The notes below the pieces were generated by a model. It ran no database searches. It worked only from the letters and a program-made list of their open reading frames with translations, and was not told the origin of the DNA. 64,000 nucleotides of DNA from Albugo candida (taxonomy: Eukaryota). Below are positions 61,835 to 64,000 of this stretch, piece after piece. The stretch is taken from the NCBI GenBank assembly GCA_040437565.1, contig JBDOQK010000008.1, forward strand, positions 62,001 through 126,000, read 5' to 3'. The translations under genes and the position numbers were made by a program. Every line of letters begins with the position of its first letter. The stretch's first letter is position 1.

Positions 61835-62434
61835 ATGGCACCATCGCATCAATTAATTTACTTTGATCTCCCGGGCCGAGCCGAAATTGTTCGCGTCAGC
61901 TTTGCGTGTGGTAAAGTGCCTTTCGAGGATAAACGTATCTCCAAAGAAGAATTCGCCGCTCTTAAACCAACACTTCCGCTCGGACAAGTTCCTGTCTTAA
62001 AGGTCGATGGAGTTATATATTCTCAGACTATGGCTATGGTCCGCTATGCTTCGATCCTTTCGGGAATCTACCCAACTGATGCGTTGCAAGTTTTGAAGGC
62101 TGAATCGGTAATCGGATGCTACGACGAGCTTGCAGGACCAATTGTGGAAATCATGCATCTTATTAAAGATGAAGGCATTAAAGCAGCAAAGACGAAAGAT
62201 TTAGTGGAGAAGCAATGCCCCAAGATTATCGGGTATATCCAAAATATGGTGAGTGGCAAGTTCTTCTTGGGTGATAAGATTTCGATCGCAGATGTGGCGA
62301 TTTTCAGTATGATTGATGACTATTTGGCTGCAATCAAAGAATTTGACGTTTCCAAATATCCAAAGATACAAAGTATCGTCGAAAATGTCAAAGCTGAACC
62401 GAACGTTGCCGAATATCTTAGTAAAAGAGGTTGA
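61835..62434 (+). CDS. Glutathione S-transferase (sigma-like), array copy 5
   Basis: 'LIYFDLPGRAEIVRV', 'PLGQVPVL', 'QTMAMVRY'. Confidence 0.93.
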   Translation: MAPSHQLIYFDLPGRAEIVRVSFACGKVPFEDKRISKEEFAALKPTLPLGQVPVLKVDGVIYSQTMAMVRYASILSGIYPTDALQVLKAESVIGCYDELAGPIVEIMHLIKDEGIKAAKTKDLVEKQCPKIIGYIQNMVSGKFFLGDKISIADVAIFSMIDDYLAAIKEFDVSKYPKIQSIVENVKAEPNVAEYLSKRG

Positions 62435-62687
62435 TTGTAGTGTGAGGGAAGCATACCTCGATAACGTTCAGAGTTGAGTTCTTGACACAGATAAGAGAAT
62501 AACGTAAACACATCCTTTTTCTGTTCCGATTGGGTGCATACAACCGTGGTTATCACGTGAAGCAATGTGTCATACAACATTTTACCACACTAAGCTTATC
62601 TACTAGTCGGGGTGAAGGCTGCAGTATAAAAAACAGGAGGCTCTCACTGTTCATGTTTATTATGTGAGCTGTTGCACATACGTCTTG

Positions 62688-64000
62688 CTACCGGTAGAAA
62701 ATCTGAGCCATTTGTGACGTGTTCAACATACTCGTCAAAGTGGACGTAACCGGACTCAAAGAGGCGCCACCCTCGTGTCGTTGACAGGTTCCGTTTCCTC
62801 TTTTCTGTTGAGTGCCCAAAACTGATTTACAAGAGTATTGTTTCGGTAAGAGTGAAAAACGAGATACTGGTTCTGCGATGTGCACCACAGGCCGAAGATC
62901 TTGTGTCTCAGTTACGATTGGTTTCCCCTCTATAGCACCACATGTCATCAAAATAAATTGCGTCTGAATTAGAAGCCTCCTACCAGTTTCACTATTATTG
63001 TTTCCATTTGAAAGTGAGTACAATAACATCCGACATGTGCGGTACCGACAAACCACATTTTCAATTAGCTGCGGGCCCAACAATTCCCAATCCACAGGAT
63101 CCACGAACGTTTGCATACGCGCTACTAGTCGCCTCAACTGAAATAGCTCGGAGGCGCAATTATCTTCCTTTACGTCATCGCACCATCCAAATCGGGTGAA
63201 GTCCGAGTGCCCCAAAGATGCCCGAATAAAATACATATCAAATAAAAGCTGCAAGACGCAACTTTCACCGAAATTCAAAGAGGAATGATGTTTTCGCGCA
63301 TCTTCTAGCTTGGAAATAGCTTCTTCATATACTTTGGCAATCGTAATCGTCACTTGTTCTGCGAAAACAGCATGAAGCGTGTTATTCATTACATCAGTAT
63401 GAACAGAAAGCCGGTCTGAATCGACAATTCGTTGGGCTTGATCCAGTGCAGAGCAACATTTGAACAAGAAACTGGAGACATGCGGTGTCTCGGCCCATGG
63501 AAGCCATACTTTCTCATCAAATGCATTAGTCTTCTCATCATCGGTATGCTTTTCATCAAACGAGCGCTCTTGATCTGATTCTGAGTCCACTTCCGTGTGG
63601 ATTGTGTGTTCTATCCATCCGTCATGAGTCTTTATCCACTCCTGATTTACACATAATGAGAGATTCGTACGGACGAGTGGCGCTAGACTTACAACCTCAT
63701 TTGAAAGACCATACAACTCGCTTTGCAGTCGATCAACCAGCCCATTTATATGTGTATTGATGAAAGTCGTCGCCCATCGTTCGCAGTACCGCCGACCAAA
63801 CTGCTGAAAAATAGTTGCAACAGTTCTGATTCTATATGCTTTTTCCGAGTGCATGGCGACGAGCAGCTGGAACGAATCCCTCGCAATTGCACCGTCATGT
63901 CCAATTTCACCCAGGTTGTGCCAACAGTTTTCCGTATCTATTCGCAAGTCCTGTTGGGCGACAGGTGAGAGGAATCAGTCGCAAAATTCAGATATGATGG
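62688..64000 (-). CDS. COG1: Conserved oligomeric Golgi complex subunit 1, 3' part (runs off window)
   Basis: 'KVWLPWAETPHVSSFLFKCCSAL', 'LQLLFDMYFI', 'VDPVDWELLGPQLIENV', 'IAEPVSRFSLLP' match the COG1 C-terminal pattern. The exact stop is uncertain. Confidence 0.75.

Noticed and set aside
34367-62434. Glyoxalase-like gene, GS-hydroquinone reductase and GSTs as a detoxification gene cluster
   Set aside because: They are interspersed with housekeeping genes and no shared regulatory motif was seen.
23303-64000. COG1 and COG2 in one window as a functional cluster
   Set aside because: They are about 37 kb apart with many unrelated genes between. Chance is sufficient.

Overview
Gene-dense eukaryotic DNA with short GT-AG introns (mostly about 45-70 nt) and tiny intergenic gaps. 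It is inferred to be an oomycete, most like Albugo (white rust), from INR-FPR-type promoter elements, a flagellar radial-spoke gene and a heterokont-type Ank-PH-Ank myosin. About 30 protein genes are supported: PX protein, SUZ12, RCC1-repeat protein, PPP2R3C/FASS-like, FAB1/PIKfyve-like, DCAF7, Aurora-like kinase, ADA3-like, NKAP, COG2, a UAP56-binding-motif protein, SPT5, WD40 protein, Rieske protein, GT32, VOC/glyoxalase, partial DCTN4, partial MSH4, glutathionyl-hydroquinone reductase, RIIa/EF-hand protein, a hydrolase-like fusion, a CRD-NIPA fusion, TUTase, IMP4, myosin, a five-gene GST array and partial COG1. There are seven 100-N scaffold gaps; six have duplicated flanks (likely assembly artefacts) and one hides real sequence. 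The most interesting signals are: (1) a ~175-nt strand-asymmetric pre-miRNA-like hairpin at 37082-37257; (2) a Frizzled/Mid1-type cysteine-rich domain fused to a NIPA Mg2+ transporter; (3) a catalytically altered dienelactone-hydrolase fold spliced to a Gag1-like clamp (DUF4050) domain; (4) an ADA3-like protein with a C-terminal Tudor-like barrel. Family calls come from recognising motifs by eye, exon boundaries are manual, and no database search was run, so novelty is unverified.
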